A stretch of 47,749 bases of DNA, taken from contig NW_026250428.1 in the NCBI RefSeq assembly GCF_024521635.1, positions 496,001-543,749 of the forward strand, read 5' to 3'. The translations under genes were made by a program, and so were the position numbers. Every line of letters starts with the position of its first letter. Within the stretch, counting starts at the first letter, position 1. Below are positions 11,907 to 22,847 of the stretch, piece after piece. This stretch comes from Tricharina praecox. Taxonomy: Eukaryota. The notes under the pieces are model-generated. The model ran no database searches. It was not told the origin of the DNA and saw only the letters and a list, made by a program, of their open reading frames with translations.

Positions 11907-12267
11907 GCGTACGGAAGAGAGAGTGGTGTAGTATAGGTGTTGCGGCGGCGGAATGGCGACGTTGTAAGAACAGGATTTCGGGAGAAATTTGATGGCTCTG
12001 CGCATGCATTTGGCGCTGTGTCTGCGACGGAACAGTGGTAGTATTTTCCATGTTGATAGCTGCGTAAATTACGACCACTCTACCCTACATACTCAAGCAA
12101 ACTCTTCGCCAGCTTGTAGGTATAAGGATTCCTCCATCCTCTATGCATGAAGTGCCCAAACAATCCCGGATAAAACGGAAGCACAAGACAACACAAGAAA
12201 ACCATGGCAACGATTAGACACAAGCCCGCCCCACCGCCTCCAAAAAGAAGTCCGTAACCACCACCGA

Positions 12268-13552
12268 TCAATCCACCCGCTTCTCGCTCAGCACGCCTTG
12301 CTCCTCGGCAATTGCGGTATCCCGCTGGCTCGCCCGCTTCTTGAGCACATTCTCGATGAATGCCTCACCAGCCTTGTAGCTACTCCGCACGAGCGGCCCA
12401 CTGGCCACGTACATGAAGCCCATCTCGAGAGCTTTGAGCCGCCATCGCTCAAACGCCTCGGGTGTGATGTACTCCTCAACTTTCATGTGGCGTTTTGTAG
12501 GCCGCATGTACTGGCCAAAGGTGACGACGTCGACGTCGACAGCTCTCAGTTCTGTCAGCGGTCAGCAGTCAGCTCGTGCACCTCGTAGAGGTAGTCTGGA
12601 ACGATGGGCACCCACCTTTCAGCGCCGCCATCAACTGCTCATCCGTCTCCCCGAGCCCCAGCATGATACTCGTCTTCGTGATCAGCCCCTCCTTGCTCTC
12701 CTTTGCCTTCTTCAGCACCGCGAGACTCTGCCTGAACGTCGCGCGGCGATCCCGCACAAACGGCGTGAGCTCCTCGACCGTCTCGACATTGTGCGCGTAC
12801 ACGTCGAGCCCGCTCAGCGCCACCTCCCTTACACACTCCAGATCGCCCATGAAGTCACCGGTCAGCGCCTCGACCTTGATACTCGGCGCCTTCTGCTTGA
12901 TCTTCCTAATCGTCTCGGCAAAATGCCTCGCGCCACCATCCGCCAGATCATCGCGATCCACACTGGTCAGCACCACATACCCGAGCCCCCAGCGACTCAG
13001 CGCCTCGGCGGTATTCTCCGGCTCGTGGACATCCAGCGGCGGCGGGCGACGACTCGTCTTGACGCTGCAGAAGCGGCAGCCGCGGGTGCACGTATCGCCC
13101 ATGAGCATGATGGTAGCGGTCGCGGCCGCCTTATCGCCGCCGCCCCAGCACTCGCCAATGTTCGGGCAACGCGCCTCCTCGCACACTGTGTGCAGCCCCA
13201 GCCCCCGCAGGTCGTCCTTGATCTTTTTGAAGTTCCCGCCTACGGGGATGGAGGTCTTGAGCCATGATGGCAGCCGGACGAGCTCCTTGCCCTTGCTGTT
13301 GATCACGGTGCGGATCCGTGGGTCCTGCGCGACGGGCTCGCCGGATACGAAGTCGTCGAAGGATGGGCCTGTATTCAGCCGGTCGGTGAAGGTCGTGGCG
13401 CGGCGTTTAGTGATGCCCTCGGGCGCCGCGGCGGGGGTTGTGCCCGTGGCGGTGGGGTTCGGCGTGGTGCTCGCGGTGGCTAGACAGCGTGCTGCTGGAC
13501 GCAAGGTACGACTCGCAGTCGCGACACGGAGAGAGGCGGCGAGCGACGACAT
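12268..13552 (-). CDS. LIP5: Mitochondrial lipoyl synthase (radical SAM), ~406 aa, 2 exons
   Basis: Exons 13552-12616 and 12551-12268. [12 protein letters not shown] and CTRGCRFC cluster motifs, [26 protein letters not shown], and an Arg/Ala/Ser-rich N-terminal presequence. Confidence 0.96.
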
Positions 13553-13720
13553 TGTTGGTTCTTTAGACAGGTAGGTGGGACCATTGCAAGTGCTAAGTGG
13601 CAAGCAACTTTTTGTTGGGTGGGTGAGATGGCGGATCGTAGATCTGATCGATAAGATGCAGGGGCGACGATTACGGGATACGCGGGATTACGGTACAATC
13701 GCTGGCTGGCCCAAGTCGCT

Positions 13721-13728
13721 GTCACGTG
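13721..13728 (+). promoter_or_regulatory. GTCACGTG E-box (Cbf1-type) upstream of LIP5
   Basis: Exact motif about 170 bp upstream of the LIP5 start codon. Motif match only. Confidence 0.3.
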
Positions 13729-14530
13729 CGCGCGGGTCTTCGCTGGCGAGAGAGCACCAACTGTCAGCAAAGTGCGGTGGGACTCGGGAGATGGCGGGGT
13801 AGGGGTACGGGGTACGGACGTCGAACGGCGGAACCCGGAACGCCACTATGGAGTGGGGCTGGAGTGAGACACGCCGCGCAGGGCTTAGAACATGTGAAGT
13901 AACTATTATAGAGCAAATACAAACCCCGCAGCCTGCATCAAAGACTTGACTCAGCTTCCAAATACACGGGGGGAGAGGAGGGGAGCGGGAGGGGAGGAGA
14001 CAAGACCCGCTGCGCAGCGACGGGTCATGTAACGGATCACTCGTTTTTTCTGCCGTGGGGGGCACTGGTGGTGGCGACGCCGTATACTCTACGGTACAGG
14101 CCCTTGTGGTCGCCGCCGCCGCCGCTATCCTTACATAACTATCGCCGCATCGCCATGTATTCTACTTTGCGCCGTCTGTTTGCAATCCAGTGCGGCGGTG
14201 CGGCGATGCGGGAATCATGTCTTTGCCGGTGCCGTGGTCATGCCGCAAACCCCTCCGCCTACATAGAGTCCGCATCATTTCGGATATCTCTATATGCTTA
14301 CCACAGTCTGCCCACAAGGCGGATTCACAAACAAACAAACAATGCTGGACTCATCGAAAGAATTGATTCACGTCATACTTCATGATTTATATGTAATAGA
14401 AATTTGTAGTAATAATGAAATAGCAGAGAGTTACCAAAGATATGATCCACAAATGGATGACATCTCGAGAAACATGGCCACCGAAGGCGATACGACAACG
14501 GAGTGTCACACGATTATATCGTGCAAATAA

Positions 14531-14947
14531 TCAGACCCCCACTCCTGCCTTCCACTTCCATTCCTCCGTTCGGTCCCCATCCTCCGCACCCCCATATCTC
14601 CGTCTGTGAACGGTTGCTTGCAAAGCCACATCGCGAGATCCTGCTGATCGAAAAAATCTTGAATGTCTCGCTCGTCGGATCCAGTTGGCGCGCGCTATAT
14701 CGTCGTAGAAAACGTCTATCTGCGAGTCGAGGAGGTCCAGCGAGTGCAGTATGAAGAGGCAGCGCTCCTCCTGCGGTAGGCGCCGCAAATAGTCGGTCAA
14801 TATGTAGTAGAAGGCGGTGGTTGGGTTGCCGGCCCCCACTGGCGGGGGGCGAGGTGGCTTCCGCAAGGCATCGTGGATCCGTGTGTCGACGGATTGGTGC
14901 TCCAGTGGTGAGGATCTTCGGTGCTGTGGAGGTCGTTGGTCAGGCAT
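14531..14947 (-). pseudogene. Orphan family A copy 1 (frameshifted paralog of 19522-19908)
   Basis: Shares FYDDIARANWIRRARH and flanking sequence with 19522-19908. The homologous ATG (MPCG, 14871) is out of frame with the core, and there are further -2 and -1 indels. An alternative in-frame ATG lies at 14947. Confidence 0.6.
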
Positions 14948-15113
14948 CTCGAGGTGCCTCATCGTACCAGCCAGCCCCCCGACATTGTGAAAGACGAAGA
15001 TCTTGCTGTCGCTGGGAGCTGGCTGCCTCCCAAATTTGTCGAAGGTGAAGTGACGTACTTGTTCGAGCCGGATGTAGGGATAGTATGCCGCCGAGGGTTG
15101 AAATGGAAGTCTG

Positions 15114-15165
15114 GATGGAAATGTAGATGGAAATGTGGATAGAAATGTGGATAGAAATGTGGATA
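15114..15165. repeat. 12-bp minisatellite (GATRGAAATGTR) x~4
   Basis: gatggaaatgta gatggaaatgtg gatagaaatgtg gatagaaatgtg gata read directly. Confidence 0.8.
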
Positions 15166-15505
15166 TGGATGTGAAAGTGAAGTGTTGTGGGAAGAAGAGG
15201 AGGAAAAGAGGTAGCTTTCTCGGAGCGTTTTGTAAGTCGGGTGTGTGCGGTGGAGCTTGTGCCAAAACACCATCAAACTTTAGGCTGAGGGTAGGGCACA
15301 CATTCTAAGCTGAGGGTAAAGTCTTGTATCATTCTAGGGCTACTCGCCACGCACGTGACTGTGGGAACGTTGCAGCGAGAACAGCCATCATAACAGCCGC
15401 AAGTGCATTTCTGTAGCGAGATGGCTGTGAAGTATTTCTTACTCTATTTCAAAACAAGAGACAGAGTCTTTAAAGTGAAAAGAAATACGCATGTAGAGAG
15501 TGAAA

Positions 15506-15605
15506 TCGACCTCCGGGACTGAGTAGGAGTTTCCGACAAGTGAATGTCTATGTAGTCGACCTCCGGGACTGAGTAGGAGTTTCCGACAAGTGAATGTCTG
15601 TGTAG
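15506..15605. repeat. 50-bp direct tandem duplication
   Basis: tcgacctccgggactgagtaggagtttccgacaagtgaatgtctRtgtag at 15506-15555 and 15556-15605, one mismatch. Confidence 0.95.
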
Positions 15606-16889
15606 ACTATGTGCAGATCAGCCCACCAGCCGTCGAGGTTGGTTCTTGGAATTTTGGTATTGGTTGGTGGGTCATTTGCCTACCCGGGAGAACTGTTGGG
15701 AGCAAGAAACGACTATCGACGGAACAGCTCAGGTGCTTCAGCTTGCCACTCCGGGTATGCAAACGATCCTATAGTAGGGCTTTTAGTATGTCAATCCCGG
15801 AGGATAACCATTGACCGTCACTTGGACTTCGTCAAATTTTCTCTATGCTTATAAACGTACTCCTAGCCCTTTCTTGATTTCGTAGCCATCCTCCAGGGGT
15901 CAATCTGGCCACCTCGTACCTAGTGATGTGCACCGATCAGGTAGTATCACTCATTAACAGTTCGCAGATTGACTCGGTCAATCCTGTTGAGTGACCAGAG
16001 TCATCCCCTCAATGACCCTGATCATGTAGGTTGATTGACTACTTCAATGCCCCATTGATGACTGCTCATAGTCCGGTTCCAACTGTCGAGCACCTTTTTT
16101 AGGAACCGCCCTTGGTGGAAGGCGCAGCAGAGGACGCTGCGGAAGACAGTAGGAAAGAATAGGACGAGTCGAGGCCTGCCACTGCACTAGTAAGTCTCTG
16201 CATAAGCTAAAGTGATCACCAGGCACAGTGAGAATACCTTCACCCATATCCTTACGCAAGCCAAAGGGCGCCGTAAGCCCACAACTCTAGGAACCTCAAT
16301 GCTACAACGAGAGTTGACGGACCGAAGAATCGCGCCGATCTCGACTCAGTGCACCATAGCCAATATATCGACGATGCTGGTACTGTTCATCGCAACGAGC
16401 CTGGGGATGCACGCACCATTTTCAGACCTAGATATACTAAGGACGGGGAAACTGATGAGTGAGGATGAAAGTAAAGGACTGGGGGGGGAGACGAAGGGTC
16501 GTTGTGATCAGCCAACGAGTCAAGTTTCATGAAGCCCACCTACTTTCTCCGACTTTCCAGGCAGACGACGACGAGCTGTCTCGGCCTGTGGCCAATACGG
16601 CTCCAATACTCTACGGTAAACTGTTAATCTACCGAATCAGCGCATCGCTTTGTATCGTTTACTGGAAAGCCTCCCAGACTCCCTCGGAGGCACCGTGGAT
16701 GCAGCTGAAGGGGTCGATCTGCTGTCCACCAGTACATACTTCTCGCATTTAGGGACTGATTCACGTCTCGGAGCTATTATACACATATTTCACACCTCTC
16801 ATCAAACACTAAAAGGCCACAGAGCAAAAGAAAAAACACACCCCGTTTTATTAATGTAACAAGCCAAAAAAAAACCAACCAAAACGCCA

Positions 16890-17096
16890 CTACTTGGCCA
16901 CAACAGGTGGCAGTGGGTCCAGACCCAGTTGCCACCTGTTGTAGGCCAGGACGTACTCCATGGCCTCCTTGTCGTAGCTGATGCCCGGCGGGATGGGCTT
17001 ATTAACGAAGCCGGGCAGAGCGCGGACGTGGTAGATGGCGGCCGCGGCGCGGTTGGCGGCCAGGATGGCGGTGGCGGTCTTTTCGTCCGACAGGAT
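16890..17096 (-). pseudogene. Orphan family B copy 1: 68-codon frame without ATG (start-lost gene or non-AUG start)
   Basis: Translates ILSDEKTATAILAANRAAAAIYHVRALPGFVNKPIPPGISYDKEAMEYVLAYNRWQLGLDPLPPVVAK*, clearly homologous to the C-terminus of 17938-18435. Not in the ORF track. Begins caaacATC in a start-like context. Confidence 0.65.
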
Positions 17097-17937
17097 GTTT
17101 GTTGTATTGTTGAGGTGATCGAAGTGTGAGTGTTGCTTATTGTTGTTTTTGTGCGAGAGGATGTTGTTCTGTGAAGGGATGTTGAAGGATGAAGGAGAAG
17201 GAAGAGAGGAAGGGAGGGTGAAGATTTATGGTGGTTTTGAAGGGTCGAGCCGGCGATTTCGAGAGCTGGTTTGCTTTCAATGACCTAGCTTCTTTATGAG
17301 CGTAGATGATATCACTCGAATCGTAGGATGTAAGTTAGCCTCTCTCACTCGATCCTATCTTTTACAAAACGTCTTTTTCCGGGTGGATATAACCGGTAGC
17401 TTGTTCCTATGGTCTCCGGACTCCGAGACCATGCCAGCCATAAAGCTGCCGAAACACCTGTGCTGAACACAAACCATCACACTACGGATGGACGCAAAGG
17501 TGACCGAGTGATACTCATGCCGCATCGAAGCACGGGCAGATCTCAAGCGCTCTGATCTCTCTTCACGGAGCACCCAACCATACTAATTACTCTATTATTC
17601 CCGAGAAAGAAGTGAAGTAGAAGAGACATCTGTTCGTCCTCCCCTCCCCCAAAAATCAAGCCCATCTCGAATGCATACTCGCCATATTCAACCCTACACA
17701 GAACGACAATATGAAACCCAAGACCAGCAGACATCTGTTTCCGCAAAACGTAGTAGTAATAGGAACTAACGTTCGAAGCTTTCTGCTTACAGCACCCTTC
17801 CCTCTAACCAACAATCGCTCCACTAGCGAACGAGCATCTCGAACCACAAATATCACTCGACAATAAAAATCGCAAAATTATTTTAAAAATTATCAATTAA
17901 AGTCCAAGAAAACCAAACAGAGGTCCCTCCTAATCTA

Positions 17938-18435
17938 CTAAGAGCTATGCACGAGGCTCGAAGGTGGAAGAGGATCTAGGCCCAGGCGCCACCTATTGTA
18001 CGCCAGCTTGAGCTTCATGATTCCGCTAGGCTCGAGGCTGAAGCCGGGGGGGATGCGCTTATTAACGAAGCCGGGTGGGGCGGGGACATAGTAGGCGGCC
18101 GCAATAGCGTCGTTGGCGGCGACGATGGCGTTGGCGTTGTTGACGCTGGTGACGGCGGAATAGTACCGGGCGGTGATGGCGGCGTCGGAGACCGGTTCGG
18201 CGTGAGCGCGCTTGGGCGTGGCTGGTGAATAGGCGTTGAGGATGGCGCGGGCGCGGTAGGCGGCGGCAGCGACGATAGTGTTGCGGACGATGACGGCGTA
18301 GAGGTTCTTGATGTCTGCGGTTGAGCGAATGTACTCGGCGGCGGCGGTGTTGTTGGTGTGATCCGGACTGGGCGAGGTAAACTCGGGTTCGCAGGAGGTG
18401 CGGCCGGAAGAGAGAAGTGGGTTCATGGAGGTCAT
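17938..18435 (-). CDS. Orphan family B copy 2, Ala-rich small protein (~165 aa from MTSMNPLL)
   Basis: Open frame with strong C-ending codon bias, tacaagATG start context and a C/A-rich leader. C-terminus PGFVNKRIPPG...LAYNRWRLGLDPLPP is shared with 16890-17096. The ORF-track extension to 18654 looks like 5' UTR. Confidence 0.65.
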   Translation of the reverse strand: MTSMNPLLSSGRTSCEPEFTSPSPDHTNNTAAAEYIRSTADIKNLYAVIVRNTIVAAAAYRARAILNAYSPATPKRAHAEPVSDAAITARYYSAVTSVNNANAIVAANDAIAAAYYVPAPPGFVNKRIPPGFSLEPSGIMKLKLAYNRWRLGLDPLPPSSLVHSS

Positions 18436-19521
18436 CTTGTAGATTGTAGTTGGATGGATGTTGATGCGACGATTCGAATCGAGAGGGAATTGGTTGGTGA
18501 AGTTGATATCGGAAGGGAAGTGGTTGGTGAAGTGGATGGAGGAAGGATGGTTGAGTTGGTGGGTGAAAGAGGAGAAGGAGGAGGTAGTTGAGGCCGGGTG
18601 TTTTCCTACGGCGCCAGCCACATCCTCAGTGTGAATGGGCTCTTGCAGACTCACCTGTAGGGCAAATAGCGGCTACAAACAACTGTATTATTATAATCCA
18701 GCCTCGCGAGCCAAGCTAGTGTGACACGGAAATCTAAGGCGAGAAACACCACGTTCTAATATCGAGAGAGTCGGTTCGACACAACCAACAAGGTGATTGA
18801 TCTCACACTTTTGAAGACCGATGCCGCTTCAGGCTTTTGAACTGGTAGACATCTAGGATAGTAAAGCGATACAGTCCTCCAGCTCTAGCCTCCGATCTTC
18901 AGATTGGACGATTTCCCTGAAAGCCCAGAGGGTAAGCTCGGGCAATTACGACCAATACGTACAACTCGATACACGTGTGCACTCGGTAGCCCTTATGTGC
19001 GGGAGAAGTAAATCAAGGGTTCGATAAACTAGCATAGTACGCGAGGCTCAAAGGCGCACGGAGGTTAAGTATAGGTTCTCGGACACGGTCTAGGTATTGA
19101 ATGGGTCACGTGAGAGGGGATGGCGAGTAATATGTGGTAAAATCTTCTGAAAGGATTCTGTACACGACCAAAGACTCCCACATTCGAACGACTACGGCTT
19201 TGGATACTATTGGGAGCGGTGACGACCAGGACCAGCGGCGAACGACCGTGATTGAAGCTGATGCCAGATGGTTTCCTCTACATAGCATTATAATCATCGA
19301 TATGCTTGGTGAATTAAGACACACCGGATCAATTATCAACAACAAAGCACAACAGCCTACAACACGAAACAGCATTAAGCATCAAAAGAAAGCAATCAGA
19401 AGTCCACCATCAGAAAAAACCCCAAACAGCTCCCCCAAGCTCCCATGAGTTACAGTGACGCAGAAGAACCACCACTGCAACCCAATCCAGGACGTAACCT
19501 CATATCTCCCGCCTTTCGCCT

Positions 19522-19908
19522 TCACTTCCACGGGCAGTCTCGACTCGGATCCTCCCCCTCTTGATCCCCATCCTCCCAATCCCCATCTTCGCGATCCTCG
19601 GCACCCCCCCTATCCGCGTTTGCAAACGGTAGCTTGAAAAGCGCAAACGCGATATCCTGCTGATCCAAAAAATCGTGGATGTGTCTCGCTCGTCGGATCC
19701 AGTTGGCGCGCGCTATGTCGTCGTAGAAAGCGTTTAGCTGCCACTCGAGGAGGTCCAGCGCGTGCAGTAGAAAGAGGACGCGCTCCTCCGGTGGTAGCCG
19801 CCGGAAATCGTCGGTCGAGATATAGAAGTGAGCTGTGGTCGGGCTGTGGCCACCCACGATCCACGGCATGGCGCTGGCGGGGACGGGGGCTTGGTTTCCG
19901 CAAGGCAT
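19522..19908 (-). CDS. Orphan family A copy 2, 128-aa helical protein with acidic tail
   Basis: Intact ORF MPCGNQ...RRLPPEERVLFLLHALDLLEWQLNAFYDDIARANWIRRARHIHDFLDQQD...; many differences from the paralog at 14531-14947 are synonymous or conservative. Confidence 0.65.
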   Translation of the reverse strand: MPCGNQAPVPASAMPWIVGGHSPTTAHFYISTDDFRRLPPEERVLFLLHALDLLEWQLNAFYDDIARANWIRRARHIHDFLDQQDIAFALFKLPFANADRGGAEDREDGDWEDGDQEGEDPSRDCPWK

Positions 19909-21112
19909 TGTTGATCAGTGTGTTGTTGGATGGTGCGTGTAGTGTCTCCGTGTAGATATGTGAATATGTGAGTGTGTGGATGTGTGTGTTTCGACAGATT
20001 ACTGCTCCAGTGGTGTGGATCTTCGGTGCTGTGGAGGTCGTTGGTCGGAGGCAGCTGGGAAATAAATGGGCGACGAAGGACTATCCGAGGAGGCCATACA
20101 ATTGCCGTGCCGACTGGACCAATTCTACGAAGAGTTGTTTCTAGTATCTCGTGCAGCTGATCTGTCTGTAGCTATTGTATCCCGGTGGTCGAGCACCCTC
20201 TATTACTCGGTAGAGCAGTGCCCAATGAGCACAGCTCGGCCTCAGCCGGGTCGAGCATCTCGTGGTACCTCATTTTACCGAGGAGGCTACGTAGGAAAGT
20301 AGCTATGCTAGCTCTCCACATTCCCATATAGTTTCTCAAAGCGACGGAGCCATCAGGAGCCGCCGGCAGAGAAGCATGCTGACGGCAGCTGCTCCTGCCG
20401 GCCCGTACATTCGCAGCCGGAACATGATCACGTCGACAAGTTAAAATCCCATCCTGTAAGGCTAGACTTCCAATTTGTATTCAGCAACCGTATCCCCCGC
20501 GATCCACGCTTAGAACACACACTCGTTCACAGATATCACTCGGCGTTCTCACAGCAGCCCAACAGATCGAATTCACACCCCGGGGGGAAAAGAACGACAG
20601 GTCAGAGCTCCTAATCACCCAAAAAGGAGCTGCTAATCGGTCAAATCCGCAACCGGCTCCGGCGGTCCCCCTTCCGTACACAGATCTCATGGTGACTCTC
20701 TTTGGCGCAGACGTCGTGATCTACCGGTAGATCATGGCAATATCCATCCGTAACCCCCGTTTCCCCGCTACTGTGCAACCCGACTTTCGTCGAGCGGCCC
20801 GATCTGGCTTCCCCTACCACAGCCGTGGCCTTTCCCGACAATCCATGAGCGCACCCAGGAAATAACTATTAACACTACATCGGAAAAGCTTTTCGCGCCC
20901 GCCGACTCGTCCCTCGTCGTCGCTCTCAACGCCTTCCGTCCCGTCCCGTCTAGTACGGTAGCCTCGGGCGAGTCTCCGCCTGCAGGTCTTTCTTCCCTTC
21001 TCTTTTCCCGACTTCCTACTCCACTCGGACATGTCGCTGGGGGGACTACATCTTCCGCAGCGACCGAGTCCAGTACCTACCCGTCTACCAACACCAGTGG
21101 CGGCATCCCCAA

Positions 21113-22420
21113 CCCCCAGGACTATCGATATACACCAATGGATCATCGGACGGAAACCAAAGCAGCCGGCTACGCGGTTATCTGGCGCCACGGCACTGGT
21201 TTGAAGGGATACAAGGCTCACATGGGGTTCTAGCAGGAGGCCTATGATGCAGAATGCGCCGCCATCGCCCGCGCATCGAAGGCAGCCGCTGCTAGACGGC
21301 ACGCACTCAGCAGAGTCACCATCTACCTAGACGGACGTGCAAGCAGCCATCGGAAAGATGACCTACAATACCCCTGGCCCTGGCCAGAGGTACGCCATTG
21401 AGGCACAGAAGCACCTTGCCACCCTCCCTCCGCCGAAGAGAGCCGGAGATCAACATCGAGATCAGATGATGCCCGGCACACAAAGGCGGCTCTGAATGAA
21501 AAGGCCGACGAATGGGCCACACTAGCTACTGGCAACCCGACCGCTCGCGGAGTGGAGGTCACTCGCTACATGTATAGGTACGGCTCCAGTCAGCCACCAC
21601 TGCACGGGCATCGCTCGCATACCTAAGACGAGGAATCACGGAAATCAAGTGGAAAGAAGGCAAAGAATGGGCCGACGCACGAGTCACCAACAAGAAGTAC
21701 TGGTTCGGCAGAAATCTGGCCAGAGGTCGGACCCGATCCCAGCTATATATCGCCCCCAAGCACCTGGCCTTGAGGCTCTACCAGTTGAAGACAGGACACT
21801 GTCTCACCGGCCAGTACCTCCAGGGGACGACAAACTGACCAGACGCCCGCTGCGGGTGGTGCCGCTACAAGACCCAAACACGGGACTCCGGGAGCACCTT
21901 CTCAAAAAACTGCCCCGAATGGAAAAGCCAGCAGAAAACACTGTGGGCGCAGGTACGGAAGCAGACGAAGAGGAGCAAGGGTCAATTCAAGATCCGGGAC
22001 CTCTTCGCAGACGAGAGGTGCAGCCAGGCCATACTGACTTCCTCTCTTCCACTGATGTGGGCAGACGGATGACAGAGGCGGCTGAGGATGATTCAGAAAG
22101 CGAGGTATCCGAGTGGGAGCTCAGGGATCGGGAAGAAGGGAGGCAGAGCTGAGGCGAGAGGAGGAGGAGGGTGCTGAGGTTGAGGAGCCGGGGCCATTCT
22201 CGCTGTTCCTCCCCACAGCCTCGTTCATGGCATCCGCTGATGAAGAGGTAGGAAGCGGAGCGGAGTAGGGAGAGGATGGGGAAGATGTCTTTTCTTAGTG
22301 TCATTTCTTTGGTGCGTTCTATCATCATCGCTGGGACAGGCCGGGGCGGCGGGCAGGGAAAGCCACATCGAGCCACTCGATGAAAGTCGGGCTGAACAGT
22401 GGCGTGGAAGTGGAGTGTGT
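21113..22420 (+). mobile_element. Decayed, 5'-truncated non-LTR retrotransposon (LINE, Tad/I-group-like): RNase H + C-terminal zinc knuckle
   Basis: Across frameshifts and stops: PPGLSIYTNGS (IYTDGS), AAGYAVIW, HMGF*QEAYDAECAAIARA, VTIYLD, IEIR*CPAHKG, NEKADEWA (RNase H); LYQLKTGHCLTGQYL; CGWC..EHLLK.CPEWK (CCHC); IRDLFADERCSQAIL, TDVGRR, LFLPTASFMASADEE. No RT domain seen upstream. Ends approximate. Confidence 0.88.
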
Positions 22421-22774
22421 ACATCGAGAGTCCCAAGGTCTTGTGCCTGTTGGGCACGCTCTAGCTGTAGATTCAGGCACTCCGGAACGGAACTTCTCAA
22501 CACGGTGCGGAATTTCGCAGGCGAGTGATATCACGTGCATGGCTGTGCACGGCTGAGCACCCCCCCTCCCAGACTGACCACTGCACTGGCTGGCGAAATT
22601 GATCGAACAAATACCTATACCACGGTTACATCTACCTAATACCTCTATATAGTACATCCCGTAAGGCTTCATGCTCGGCAGGTATCGCCACCCTCGGGCC
22701 GAAAGTAGCTCGGATTTCGACAGTAGGTAGGACCGTGGGAGGGGACGTACCCAGGTAGTTTGCTGTTCGCCGGT

Positions 22775-22847
22775 GGCAGTCTAATTGCAGTCCAATGGCA
22801 GCCCAATGTTGAATGGCAGTCCAATAGCAGTCCAATGGCAGCCCAAC
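22775..22847. repeat. 11-bp minisatellite (consensus GGCAGTCCAAT) x6 in two blocks of three
   Basis: Units at 22775, 22786, 22797, 22815, 22826, 22837, with a gttgaat spacer between the blocks. Confidence 0.8.

Noticed and set aside
11420..13552. MGR2 and LIP5 as a mitochondrial gene cluster
   Set aside because: Convergent neighbours with no shared promoter; adjacency of two mitochondrial genes is common by chance.
12576..13574. 332-aa plus-strand ORF, and similar long antisense ORFs over the syntaxin, PTC1 and 40.7-41.9 kb genes
   Set aside because: Antisense shadows of GC3-rich real genes.
14948..15301. N-terminal extension of the 256-aa ORF
   Set aside because: Runs through a 12-bp minisatellite and pyrimidine-rich leader-like sequence with no counterpart in the paralog.
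15506..15605. Possible CRISPR-like repeat
   Set aside because: Two adjacent 50-bp copies with no spacer, eukaryotic context and no cas genes.
15850..16750. Protein-like fragments on the plus strand (e.g. DLDSVHHSQYIDDAGTVHRNEPGD)
   Set aside because: Interrupted by stops in all frames with no recognisable family; cannot support a pseudogene call without a search.
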